Assembly (NCBI GenBank): GCA_049678585.1
Contig: JBAUEL010000110.1
Coordinates: 11,221-75,220, forward strand
DNA: 64,000 nucleotides
Direction of reading: 5' to 3'
DNA from: Dehalococcoidia bacterium
Lineage (GTDB): Bacteria; Chloroflexota; Dehalococcoidia; DSTF01; CAZFGZ01
Below the pieces are notes generated by a model that saw only the letters and a program-made list of their open reading frames with translations, made no database searches and was not told the origin of the DNA. Positions 18,268 through 27,618 of the stretch are shown here, in pieces (position 1 is the stretch's first letter; each line of letters begins with the position of its first letter). A program made the translations under genes and the position numbers.

Positions 18268-20871
18268 TCACGCTTTCGCCTCCAGCTCCAGTTCGCGCGG
18301 CCCCTGGACGACAAGCGTGATAGCCTCCTCGCCGCGGATGACGTGGGATACCCCCGCTCTGGCCTGTGCCGCCGCATCCGTGAGCACGTCGCCCACGTCG
18401 CCCACCCGGAGGGCCCTCCAGCCGCCGGGCCGCGAGGGCAGGGTGATCTCGGCGGTGCTGCCTTCGGGGATGGCGGCCGAGAGCCTGAATTCTTCATCAC
18501 GCTTCTCCCAGGCCACCCGGATGTCTCCCTTCACCGTAGGGAAGACACCGCGCGCCCAGTCGAGGCCGGCGGGCTGCGGGGCGATGCGGGCGCGGGCGAA
18601 GCCCGGCTCCAGGGGCACCACGCCCAATACCTCAGTGGAGAGGTCGAAGGTGGGCGTGGTGGACCAGGCATGGCACTGGCTGGCCACCGGATGCCAGACC
18701 TCCCAGATAGAGGTAGCGCCGGCCTCGATCATGGCGCCCCAGCGCTGGCGGATGTTCCGGACCAAGTCGTCGTACCTGTCAGCGCGGGCCAGGGCGCGGT
18801 GGACGTGGTGCATGAAGAAGGGCTGCGCCAGCACCACGTGACGCTCCTCATCGAAGTCCACCTGGTAGGGCGCGGAGAGCATGCCTATCGAGGTCAGGGC
18901 CAGGCGGGACTCGTCGAGGATGGTGGCGAAGATGCGCTCCCACCGCTCCGGTGGGGCGATGTCGTAGGCGATGCAGACGGCGTTGGCCTGCTGGCTAAGG
19001 CGGCGGCTCTGCTGGCCGTCTACGCAGGCGTCCACGTAGGCGCCCCGCTCCTCGCTCCACAGGCGGGCGTTGACGGCCTCGCGGATGCTCTGGGCGCGGG
19101 TCGCGCATCTCTCCGCAATGGCAGCGAGGCCCAGCCTGCGGGCCAGGTCCTCGACCACGCGCAGGGTCCGGTAGTAGAGGGCGTTGTAGACGGTGCCCTC
19201 GCCGCGGCGGTCCACCTCGGCCCAGTCCACGAAGTTCCACTCCGGCACCCTGTTGAGAAGGCCGTGCTCGTCGATGAAGCGGTCGAACCAGTCCAGGGCC
19301 CGCAGTACCGAGGGCAGGAGCTCGGCGGGCATGTCCAGGTCGCCGGTGTACTCCACGTACCGCCCCAGGGACATGATCCAGCACAGACACCAGTCAGGGA
19401 TGGTGAGGAGGCCCGCCGCCGCGAAGTCGCTGGGAGTAGCCATCTGAGTCATCCCGTCGGGGCGCTGGCTCTGGGCGACCTGCCGTAGCATCTGGGCCAC
19501 CAGCGCGGTGTCCCCAAAGGCCACGTAGTTGGTCAGCGACTCCACGTAGGCGTCGCCGATCCACTGGCGCTGCTCGCGGGAGGGGCAGTCCTCGAAGCCA
19601 TCATGCATGCAGAGGCGCAGGGTGTGAGCCCCGGCCCACCAGATGCGGTTGAGCATCGGGTCCGAACACTCGAAGGAGCCCCGCTCCTCCACGGGGTACA
19701 GCGTCTCGTTCAGGGCGACCCTGTGGAGGGTCACCGGCCCCCGCGGGTTGCGGACGGTGATCTGGAGGTAGCGGAAGCCCGCCCACTCGAACTTCTCCCA
19801 TCTCTGCCGGCCCTCCCGGGCGATGTAGCGGTGCACGGTGGGCGACCAGATGGGGGTGCGCGGGGGCGGCTCTGGCCGGTCGTCCTTGAGGCGCTCGGCG
19901 TAGGCGATGTCGAGGACCGTGCCCGCCGACGCGCTCACGTCGAGGCGCGGGTAGCCGGTGACCACGTCGCCGAAGTCCAGCACGATGACCGCGTCGCGGC
20001 CTTCGCCCGGGGCGATGGTGGCCGGGCCGGCCGCCCCAGGCAGCGCCTCGGCGCCCTCGATCCGGCGGGCCGTCGGCTCCAGCAGCACCTCGCCGCTCAC
20101 CTGCTCGAAGATATCGGGGTCATCCTTCAGCGGCTCCACCTCGCCCAGGGTGGCAACGGCGGCGGGCAGCCGCTCTTCCTCCGAGAGGAACGGGATGGCC
20201 CGCGGGACCATCACCGGGAAGGGGCGGACGGGGCTGGCCAGGTTCAGGGGCGGGACGGTGAGCACGACAGCCTGCTCCCAGCCCCCGTGGTCGAGTTCCG
20301 GGGACGCCCACTCGCGCAGGGCCTTCCCGGCGTCGAAGACCTCCATGAAGCCCACGGCGCCCGGGAGGGTGTCCTGCTGCCAGGCCTCCTCCTTGCGACA
20401 GCGCCAGGAGTCGTCGGAGTCGACCTGTACCTGGCTCCCGTCCGCCAGCACGACATCACACTGGAAGAAGACGCTGCCGCAGCCGAAGGCGGCCAGGTGG
20501 AACCGCGAGGGAAGCTGGTACCAGGACATGTCCCTCCCGTAGGAGTGCAGGAGGAGCGCCACGACGTTCCGTCCGGGGCGCAGGTGGGCGGCGATGTCGC
20601 GGGTATCGAAGTACTGGAAGGCGGGGTCGCAGCGGGCCGGGCCGCGGCCCACGAAGGCGCCATTGACATAGAGATGGTACCGGCCGTCGGCCGAGGCATG
20701 CGCAAGGGCCTCACGGGGTGCCGAGGCAAGCTCAAACGTCTTGCGGAAGTACCAGAAGGCGTTGCGATCCTCCGAGAGGTCCGGTCGCTGCTCGCCCCGC
20801 AGGGGGAAGACGCCGCTGAGGGGACGGGGCGGCGAGATCCACTGGGCACGACGTACGAACCGGCTGGTCAT
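18268..20871 (-). CDS. Alpha-L-rhamnosidase (GH78)
   Basis: 867 aa. The N-terminal region is typical of bacterial rhamnosidase N-domains (FWYFRKTFEL...GRYHLYVNGAFVGRGPARCDP). The central six-hairpin catalytic domain carries conserved Trp/Asp-rich segments (GFEDCPSREQRQWIGD). Confidence 0.75.
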   Translation of the reverse strand: MTSRFVRRAQWISPPRPLSGVFPLRGEQRPDLSEDRNAFWYFRKTFELASAPREALAHASADGRYHLYVNGAFVGRGPARCDPAFQYFDTRDIAAHLRPGRNVVALLLHSYGRDMSWYQLPSRFHLAAFGCGSVFFQCDVVLADGSQVQVDSDDSWRCRKEEAWQQDTLPGAVGFMEVFDAGKALREWASPELDHGGWEQAVVLTVPPLNLASPVRPFPVMVPRAIPFLSEEERLPAAVATLGEVEPLKDDPDIFEQVSGEVLLEPTARRIEGAEALPGAAGPATIAPGEGRDAVIVLDFGDVVTGYPRLDVSASAGTVLDIAYAERLKDDRPEPPPRTPIWSPTVHRYIAREGRQRWEKFEWAGFRYLQITVRNPRGPVTLHRVALNETLYPVEERGSFECSDPMLNRIWWAGAHTLRLCMHDGFEDCPSREQRQWIGDAYVESLTNYVAFGDTALVAQMLRQVAQSQRPDGMTQMATPSDFAAAGLLTIPDWCLCWIMSLGRYVEYTGDLDMPAELLPSVLRALDWFDRFIDEHGLLNRVPEWNFVDWAEVDRRGEGTVYNALYYRTLRVVEDLARRLGLAAIAERCATRAQSIREAVNARLWSEERGAYVDACVDGQQSRRLSQQANAVCIAYDIAPPERWERIFATILDESRLALTSIGMLSAPYQVDFDEERHVVLAQPFFMHHVHRALARADRYDDLVRNIRQRWGAMIEAGATSIWEVWHPVASQCHAWSTTPTFDLSTEVLGVVPLEPGFARARIAPQPAGLDWARGVFPTVKGDIRVAWEKRDEEFRLSAAIPEGSTAEITLPSRPGGWRALRVGDVGDVLTDAAAQARAGVSHVIRGEEAITLVVQGPRELELEAKA

Positions 20872-21180
20872 CGAGCGCCTCCTGGCTCATCGGGCGGGCG
20901 ACGCACCCTGGTAGAAGCTACGCCCCGCGCAGCGGCGGGTCAAGGAGGAGGGCCGGCTGTGGGCGCGGTTCTGTCCACGATTCGCCTCCCCTCCTGAGAG
21001 TGGCTCCGTTCGGCACGGGACGGAGCAGCCAGACGGGTGATGCGGGAACGCCCCAATCTTTGCGGGTCAGGCCCCCTAAGGGTTCCGGCTCATAAGGGAT
21101 GTCACCCAGGGAACATCGGGAAGGCCCCTATCTCGGTGGGTGTGCTTCAAACGGAACATGTATCCGAGCAGGAGAGCCGA

Positions 21181-22392
21181 ATGGCCAAGGCAGTGAGCGC
21201 CAGCACCAAAGTCCCCGTCACAGGCCCTGAATCGTCCGTCTCCCCAGAGACGGAGCGCGAGGCAGGCCTGGTCGATGTTTCCATCGTCATGCCCTGCCTC
21301 AACGAAGAGGAATCGGTTGCGACCTGCGTGACCAAGGCCCGTCGCTGGCTGGAGCGGGCAGGGCTCAGCGGCGAGGTCATCGTCGTCGACAACGGGTCCG
21401 AGGACGCCTCTGTCCGACACGCCACCCAGGCGGGCGCGAAGGTGGTCCATGAGCCCCGTCGCGGCTACGGCAGCGCGCTCCTGCGCGGGATCGTCGAGTC
21501 GCGCAGCCGCTACGTGGTGATGGGCGACTGCGACGACACCTACGACTACACGGACCTGGACCCCTTCATCGAGGCCCTGGAGGGCGGCGCCGACATCGTA
21601 GTGGGCAACAGGTATGCGGGAGGAATCGTCCCGGGCGCCATGACCTGGAGCCACCGCCACATCGGGACGCCGGTGATCACCTTCCTGCTTCGTCTGTTCA
21701 GCGGCGCCCGACTGGGAGACAGCCAGTGCGGGCTGCGCGCCTTCACCCGGGTGGCGTTCGAGCGGCTGGAGCTCCACACGCCGGGCATGGAGTTCGCCTC
21801 CGAGATGATTCTGAAGGCCGCCCGAAAGGGCCTGCGGGTGGTGGAGGTTCCAATAGCGTACTACCCGCGCGTCGGCGAGGCGAAGCTGAGGACGTTCCGC
21901 GACGGCTGGCGGCATCTCCGGTTCCTGCTCCTGATGAGCCCGCACTTCCTGTACACGGTCCCCGGCATCCTGCTGGCGCTGACGGGATCGCTGATCCTGA
22001 CCCTGGGGCTGGCTTCTTCCGAGGGCATTGTCATCGGCCCTGTGGTGTGGCAGCCGGTGTTTGCGGGCTCCATCCTGATGATCCTGGGGATCAACGCGCT
22101 CATCTTCAGCGGCATCGCCAACCTGTACACCACTTCGCTCGGTCTCACGCAGCCCGACCTGATTCATGCACTGGCCTGCCGCCTGCTTCGCTTTGAGGTA
22201 GTCATCGTTGGTGCCGCCGCGCTCATCGCCATAGGCATTGGGCTCGACATCTTCCTGCTCGTGGAGGACGTCTCGGCCGCCGCGGTCCCCAACAGGCTGG
22301 GTCTGGCCGCCGTCGCCCAGGCGATCATCCTGAGCGCGGGCAATTTCGGGCTGGCAGGCTTCCTGGCAAGCCTGTTGAACGGCGCCAAGTAA
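21181..22392 (+). CDS. GT2 polyprenol-phosphate sugar synthase (DPM1/GtrB/ArnC-like) with C-terminal TM helices
   Basis: VSIVMPCLNEEESV ... VVDNGSEDAS ... GDCDDTYD (DxD) ... DSQCGLRAF is the GT2-A signature. Four C-terminal hydrophobic helices follow. The start is taken at ATG 21181 (MAKAV); the ORF track extends to 21037. Confidence 0.75.
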   Translation: MAKAVSASTKVPVTGPESSVSPETEREAGLVDVSIVMPCLNEEESVATCVTKARRWLERAGLSGEVIVVDNGSEDASVRHATQAGAKVVHEPRRGYGSALLRGIVESRSRYVVMGDCDDTYDYTDLDPFIEALEGGADIVVGNRYAGGIVPGAMTWSHRHIGTPVITFLLRLFSGARLGDSQCGLRAFTRVAFERLELHTPGMEFASEMILKAARKGLRVVEVPIAYYPRVGEAKLRTFRDGWRHLRFLLLMSPHFLYTVPGILLALTGSLILTLGLASSEGIVIGPVVWQPVFAGSILMILGINALIFSGIANLYTTSLGLTQPDLIHALACRLLRFEVVIVGAAALIAIGIGLDIFLLVEDVSAAAVPNRLGLAAVAQAIILSAGNFGLAGFLASLLNGAK

Positions 22393-22444
22393 GGCTCGAC
22401 CAGCAAGCCGGGCCCGGCCGACCGGAAGGATCCGTGGAGAGGGT

Positions 22445-23647
22445 ATGGATACCACCACAAGGCCCCTGAGGATCCACGTATTCACCGATTACTTTCGTCC
22501 CCACGTCGGCGGCGGCGTCGAGCGGGTGGTGGAGGAGGCGTGCCGTCGGCTGGCGGAGCAGGGACACCTTGTGCGGGTGTTTACGTTCAACACTGGCGGG
22601 GCACCGGCGTACGAAGTCATCGGTGGCGTCCATGTTCATCGGGCCCGCGCACTCCAGTTGACACGCCTCATCCGCATGCAGAGCTCGATCTCACCGAGTC
22701 TGCTGCCCCTCGCCTGGAGGCTGGGCCGATCCGAGCCCCCCGACGTGCTCCACGCCCACAACCTGTTCTTCTTCTCAACCATCGTGGCGGTGCTCCTTCG
22801 CCGCCTGCTCAAGAAGCCGCTGGTCACCACCCTGCACCTCGGTCCGCTGGACCAGCTAGGCGGTCCCTTCCGGGTTCTGGCATCGTCCTATGAGCGGGTC
22901 CTGGGACGGGCTATCGTCCGCAGGAGCGACCGGATCATCGCCGTGAGCAACGCGGTCGGCGCCCACGCTGCTCACCTGGGAGCCAAGCCCGAGACGGTGC
23001 GGGTCATCCCGAACGGGGTGGACGCGCAGCAGTTCCAGCCCGGCGAAAGGAGCGCAGACGGGACGTTCCGGATCGCCTGTGTCGGCCGCCTCATCTTCAA
23101 CAAGGGCCCGCAGTACCTCGTGGAAGCAGCGCCTGAGGTGCTCCGTGGCCATCCACAGGCGGAGTTCGTGATGGTGGGAGACGGGCCCCTGCGCGCCCGG
23201 CTGGAGGAACGTGCCCGCCGACTGGGGATCAGTCACCGCGTTACCTTCCTGGGGACTCGGTCCGACGTAGCCGCGATCCTGCAAACGTGCGATGTGCTGG
23301 TACGCCCTTCCCTTCTGGAAGGGATGCCGCTGACGGTCCTGGAGGCTATGGCCTGCGCTCTGCCGGTGATCGCCACGCCGGTCTCCGGCACCGCAGAGCT
23401 GGTGCGGCACGGTGAGAACGGCCTCCTGGTCCCGCCGACCGACCCCGCGGCCCTGGCTTCGGCCATCCTGCGGCTGATAGAGGACGTGCCGCTGCGGGAG
23501 CGGCAGGGCAGGAAGGGGCGGCAGTTGGTAGAAGGCGGCTACACCTGGGACGCCGTCGCCAGGCAGACGCTGTCCGTCTACGAAGAGCTGGTGCCCCGCC
23601 CGAGTGACGAGGCGGCGACGGCGGAACCCCTGGCCAGGGCAGCGTAG
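22445..23647 (+). CDS. Glycosyltransferase family 1 (GT4-like)
   Basis: N-terminal HVFTDYFRPHVGGGVERVV. C-terminal SLLEGMPLTVLEAMACALPVIATPVSGTAELVRHGENGLLV (E-X7-E). An RBS GGAGAGGG precedes the ATG. Confidence 0.8.
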   Translation: MDTTTRPLRIHVFTDYFRPHVGGGVERVVEEACRRLAEQGHLVRVFTFNTGGAPAYEVIGGVHVHRARALQLTRLIRMQSSISPSLLPLAWRLGRSEPPDVLHAHNLFFFSTIVAVLLRRLLKKPLVTTLHLGPLDQLGGPFRVLASSYERVLGRAIVRRSDRIIAVSNAVGAHAAHLGAKPETVRVIPNGVDAQQFQPGERSADGTFRIACVGRLIFNKGPQYLVEAAPEVLRGHPQAEFVMVGDGPLRARLEERARRLGISHRVTFLGTRSDVAAILQTCDVLVRPSLLEGMPLTVLEAMACALPVIATPVSGTAELVRHGENGLLVPPTDPAALASAILRLIEDVPLRERQGRKGRQLVEGGYTWDAVARQTLSVYEELVPRPSDEAATAEPLARAA

Positions 23648-23659
23648 AAGGAGTTGCGC

Positions 23660-24739
23660 ATGGTTCGGGTAGGGAAGCCGCTCTCCGTGGGCATTGTCGG
23701 GGCGGGCTGGGTCGCCACCGCCCGGCACATCCCTGCCTTTCAGCGCGACCCTCGGGTCCGTGTGGCCGCCCTGTTCGACCTCGCTCCCGGGAAGGCAGGG
23801 GAGGTCGCCCGGCAGTATCGCATACCGAGTGCGTTCCATGACCTCTCCGAGTTCCTGGCCACGGGCCCGGACATCGTCGCTATCTGCACTCCGCCGTGGA
23901 CGCATGCTCCCATAGCAGTAGAGGCGCTACACCGCGGCTGCCACGTCCTGGTCGAGAAGCCCATGGCGATGTCCTCGGAGGAGGCCTCCGCGATGATCGA
24001 TGCGGCGAGAGAGGGCGGCGCTCGCCTCTGCGTCGCCCACAACTTCCTCTTCTCGCGCTCGATGCGAAAGGCCCTGAGCCTTATCGAGCGTGGCATGGTC
24101 GGGGAGGTGCAGCACGCCATTGCCCTTCAGCTCAGCAGCCCCAGGCGGCGGCTGCCGCGCTGGTACCCAGACCTGCCCGGCGGCCTCTTCTTCGACGAGT
24201 CGCCCCACATGATCTACCTGCTGCGCCGATTCTTGGGCGATCTCTCTGTAGCGCAGGCCTGGGCCGAGGCCGCCCCGCCCGGGATGGACCAGAGACTGGA
24301 CCGGGTAGAGGCTCGGCTCCAGAACAGCGAACACAGCGCCCACCTCAACATGTCCTTCCGCTCCCCTATCTCGGAGTGGCTGGTGGCGGTTGTAGGGACT
24401 CAGCGGGTGCTGGTGGTGGACGTGTTCCGGGACATCCTGGCGGTCCAGAAGCCCGATGGCGCACACGGCTCCGCCGACGTGCTGAAGAGTTCTTCCCGGC
24501 TCTTCCTCCAGGGGCTGATGGGCTTTGCGACCTCCGGGGCTCTCTTCGCCACGAAGCGGCTGCTGTACGGCCATGAGACGTTGGTCCGCCGCTTTATCGA
24601 CGCCGTCGTGGATGGCGGAGCCGTCCCCGTGGCGCCCGAGGAGGGCATGGCCGTGGTGCAGACCATGGAATCGATCCTGAAGCAGGCGTTCACTTCTATG
24701 GATAGCACCAAGAGCGCCGGCAGGGTTCCCACCGCATGA
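23660..24739 (+). CDS. Gfo/Idh/MocA-family NAD(P)-dependent sugar oxidoreductase
   Basis: Rossmann motif GIVGAGWVA, then CTPPWTHAPIAVEALHRGCHVLVEKP. An RBS GAAGGAG lies 6 nt before ATG 23660. The stop overlaps the next gene's ATG (ATGA). Confidence 0.8.
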   Translation: MVRVGKPLSVGIVGAGWVATARHIPAFQRDPRVRVAALFDLAPGKAGEVARQYRIPSAFHDLSEFLATGPDIVAICTPPWTHAPIAVEALHRGCHVLVEKPMAMSSEEASAMIDAAREGGARLCVAHNFLFSRSMRKALSLIERGMVGEVQHAIALQLSSPRRRLPRWYPDLPGGLFFDESPHMIYLLRRFLGDLSVAQAWAEAAPPGMDQRLDRVEARLQNSEHSAHLNMSFRSPISEWLVAVVGTQRVLVVDVFRDILAVQKPDGAHGSADVLKSSSRLFLQGLMGFATSGALFATKRLLYGHETLVRRFIDAVVDGGAVPVAPEEGMAVVQTMESILKQAFTSMDSTKSAGRVPTA

Positions 24740-26334
24740 GCCGCGCCCGAAAGAACCGCAAGCGCACCCGGACGAAACAGCCACAGCAGCAGCAAGCGCA
24801 GCGGCGGTGGACGGAGAACCTGAATCCGAGCCGCTATGCGCTCGTCGCCGTCCTGCTCGGAGTCGCCGTCTATCGACTGGTCATGCTCGCTGGCGAGGCC
24901 GCCCCGCCCGGAGCCGACCCGGGCAACTGGCTAGCCTACACCCACGGGCTCTTCGATACGTCTGTCAAGGCGGCCGAATCCATGTACTTCCCGGTGACCC
25001 TGATCGTCCTCAAGGCCCTGCTGGTCTTCCTGCCGCCGCTCATGGCGGCCAAGGTGCTGGGCGTCGGAGCGTCCGTCGCGGTGGCCGTACCGTTCTATCT
25101 CATCCTGCGCAGGGGGTGTTCGCCCCTCCTCGCTGCGGGCCTCACCCTGGCGTTCGTGCTTGCAGGCTACCAGCAGGAGACCCTCTCCTTCGGTGGCTAT
25201 CCTCAGCTCCTGGCCACGGCCTTCCTGCTTCTTACGGTGTACTGGCTGATGGACGGCCTCATCTCCGGCAGGCGGCGACCCCTCCTGCTGGCAGCCGCCA
25301 GCACCGCTCTGATCGCGGGCACGCATCACTTTACCCTGGCGCTCCTGGTGCCCACGGTGTCGATCCTCGCCCTGGCGCTGGTGGTGCAGGAGCGCCCGAG
25401 CATAGGGCCGTTCCTTCGCAACGCCGGAGCCTGGATGGTCGCCGCGGCGCTGTTCGCTCTTCCCTTCCTGCCGTGGTACGTCCGCTTCTTCACCCTTCTG
25501 GACGGCAACCCGGCGAACGCCCTCGGCCTCACTCTGATGAACATGGATAGGGTTATCTCGTACGTCTTCGAGAATAACGAGGTGTTCTGGACGGCCCTAT
25601 TGATCATCGCAGGCGTATTGCCGTTGCTGCCGTTCTTCGGCCGGAGGGCCGCGGGAATCAGACCTGCCGTGCTGGCTCTCCTGGCCGGTCCGTTCCTTGC
25701 CTTCGCCTTGACGAACGAGGTTCGGAGCTTCCAGTTCATCCAGGCTGGCGTGGTGCTCTCGCTCGGCCTGCCGGTGGCCGCCATCGAGCAGCACCTCGCT
25801 CAGACCGAGCTGAGGGTAGCGGTGCGGCGGTTGGAGAGGCTCTCCCTGGCGCTTGGGGCTGCCACTATCCTGATCATCGTAGGCGGTTCGGGACACCAGC
25901 GGTTTACGGAGACCATCGCCCGGTACCAGATAGTGGACGATTCGGCCCTGGAGGCGCTGAACTGGCTGCGCGAGCGGAGCCCGCCCGGCGCGATCGTCAT
26001 GGCCAATGATTCACCCACCAGGGTGTCCTACGCCTGGTGGGTGGAGGGATACGCAGAGCGCCCTACCTACAGCCTCATCGAACCGGCGTTCCTGTCGTTT
26101 GCGGAGGAGAAGGAGCAGGCCGCCCTGGCGCGCCGTCTGCTTGAGCAGGACACATCGCCGGCCGAGGTGCAGTCTCTACTTGAGAGGACCGGCATCAACT
26201 ACATCTTCCTGGACAAGCGAACCGGCGGCAGGTTCAGGCCGCTGCTGTCCAAGGCGATGTTCTACATCTCCCTCGAGAATGAGCACTTCGCCATCCTCCG
26301 GTACCCTGGCGCGAGGGTGGAGGCGAACCGCTGA
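24736..26334 (+). CDS. Polytopic membrane protein, likely a GT-C-fold glycosyltransferase. It is a paralog of 9529..11796.
   Basis: 532 aa with a basic N-terminal tail, about 11 TM helices and a roughly 150-aa C-terminal soluble domain. Helices align with the 9529 ORF. Confidence 0.55.
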   Translation: MSRARKNRKRTRTKQPQQQQAQRRWTENLNPSRYALVAVLLGVAVYRLVMLAGEAAPPGADPGNWLAYTHGLFDTSVKAAESMYFPVTLIVLKALLVFLPPLMAAKVLGVGASVAVAVPFYLILRRGCSPLLAAGLTLAFVLAGYQQETLSFGGYPQLLATAFLLLTVYWLMDGLISGRRRPLLLAAASTALIAGTHHFTLALLVPTVSILALALVVQERPSIGPFLRNAGAWMVAAALFALPFLPWYVRFFTLLDGNPANALGLTLMNMDRVISYVFENNEVFWTALLIIAGVLPLLPFFGRRAAGIRPAVLALLAGPFLAFALTNEVRSFQFIQAGVVLSLGLPVAAIEQHLAQTELRVAVRRLERLSLALGAATILIIVGGSGHQRFTETIARYQIVDDSALEALNWLRERSPPGAIVMANDSPTRVSYAWWVEGYAERPTYSLIEPAFLSFAEEKEQAALARRLLEQDTSPAEVQSLLERTGINYIFLDKRTGGRFRPLLSKAMFYISLENEHFAILRYPGARVEANR

Positions 26335-26349
26335 TGGCATCCACGAACC

Positions 26350-27459
26350 ATGGCTCACGCTGACATGACATCGCTGGCGGAGAAGCCGCCCGAGGCTGGA
26401 GCCACGGCCCAACGGGCACCTGCCGCCGCCAGGAGGAAGCTCGGCTGGGGCGGCGGCCTTCTGGTATCCCTGGTCGTAGGGTTCGCGGTGCTGACGGGCC
26501 TTGGGCTCTACGCCGACATCGGAGACGTCTCCTCGACCCTTCTCGGGTTCGATTGGGGCCTGATGCCGGTGCTTTTCGGATTGACCGCCCTCAACTACGC
26601 GGTGCGGTATCTCCGCTGGCGGAGGCTGTTGCGTCTCACCGCCGGCCAGGAACCGGATCTCTTCCGCGACCTGCTGGTGTTCTTCGCGGGCACCGCCATG
26701 ATCCTCACACCGGCGCGGCTGGGCGAATGGGTGAAGAGCTATTACGCTCGGGAGCTGCACGGGGTGCCTGTGGCGCGCACGGCGCCGATTATCCTCGCAG
26801 AGCGGGTCAGCGATTCGCTGGTCATGCTCCTCCTGGCCACGACCGGCCTCTTCCTGTTTGGCTGGGGCACGGCCGTTTTCGTCACGGTCATAGTTATCGC
26901 AGTGGCGGCCATCGTGGCGCTTCGACACCGTGGGCTCGCTTCGCTTCTCCTGCGGGGCGCGAGGAGGTTCCCGCCGGCGCAGCGCCTGCTGCCGCCGATA
27001 GAAGACTTTCACGAGAGTTCCCGCATCCTCTTCTCGCTGTCCGGACTTTCCTGGGCCTTCGGTCTGGGCCTGGTCGCATGGACTCTGGAGTGCCTGATTT
27101 TCTTCCTTGTACTGGTGGGCCTGGGCAATCCGGGGACCTGGGAGCTGGTCGCCCAGGCGGCCTTCATCTTCCCGGTTGCCACGCTTGCGGGGGCGCTCTC
27201 GCTGCTGCCCGGGGGAATAGGGGTGACGGAAGGCGGCATCGTGGGCATGACCCAGGCGATTCTCGGCGCCTCGCGAAGCCTCGCGGCCGCCTCAGCATTG
27301 CTGGTGCGGGCCTTGATCCTGGGCTTTGGCTTCGCATTGGGCCTGGCGGCGCTGGCAATACTCAGTTGGCGGCCGCCCTCGAAGGTGGGTGAGAGTGGCC
27401 CCCTGACCCAGGAGAGGCTCGTAACCGCCGCCGGATCCATCAAGGGCGATTCGAGATAG
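26350..27459 (+). CDS. UPF0104 / lysyl-PG-synthase-TM (MprF flippase-like) family membrane protein, paralog of 12918..13904
   Basis: 369 aa, about 8 TM helices, with the conserved YLRWRRLL loop after TM2. Confidence 0.6.
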   Translation: MAHADMTSLAEKPPEAGATAQRAPAAARRKLGWGGGLLVSLVVGFAVLTGLGLYADIGDVSSTLLGFDWGLMPVLFGLTALNYAVRYLRWRRLLRLTAGQEPDLFRDLLVFFAGTAMILTPARLGEWVKSYYARELHGVPVARTAPIILAERVSDSLVMLLLATTGLFLFGWGTAVFVTVIVIAVAAIVALRHRGLASLLLRGARRFPPAQRLLPPIEDFHESSRILFSLSGLSWAFGLGLVAWTLECLIFFLVLVGLGNPGTWELVAQAAFIFPVATLAGALSLLPGGIGVTEGGIVGMTQAILGASRSLAAASALLVRALILGFGFALGLAALAILSWRPPSKVGESGPLTQERLVTAAGSIKGDSR

Positions 27460-27618
27460 TGGACTCAGAAGTCTCAGTCGCCGGCACGCCGCTGATGGTG
27501 AGTGCTCAGTCCCGGCCATCTTCTTGCACTCGGAGCCCAGGAGTCACGGCGCCGACCGCCCTCATCGCCTCCGCAGGACGGGGTAGATAGAGCGATGTAG
27601 ATTGGTCGATAATCACAT

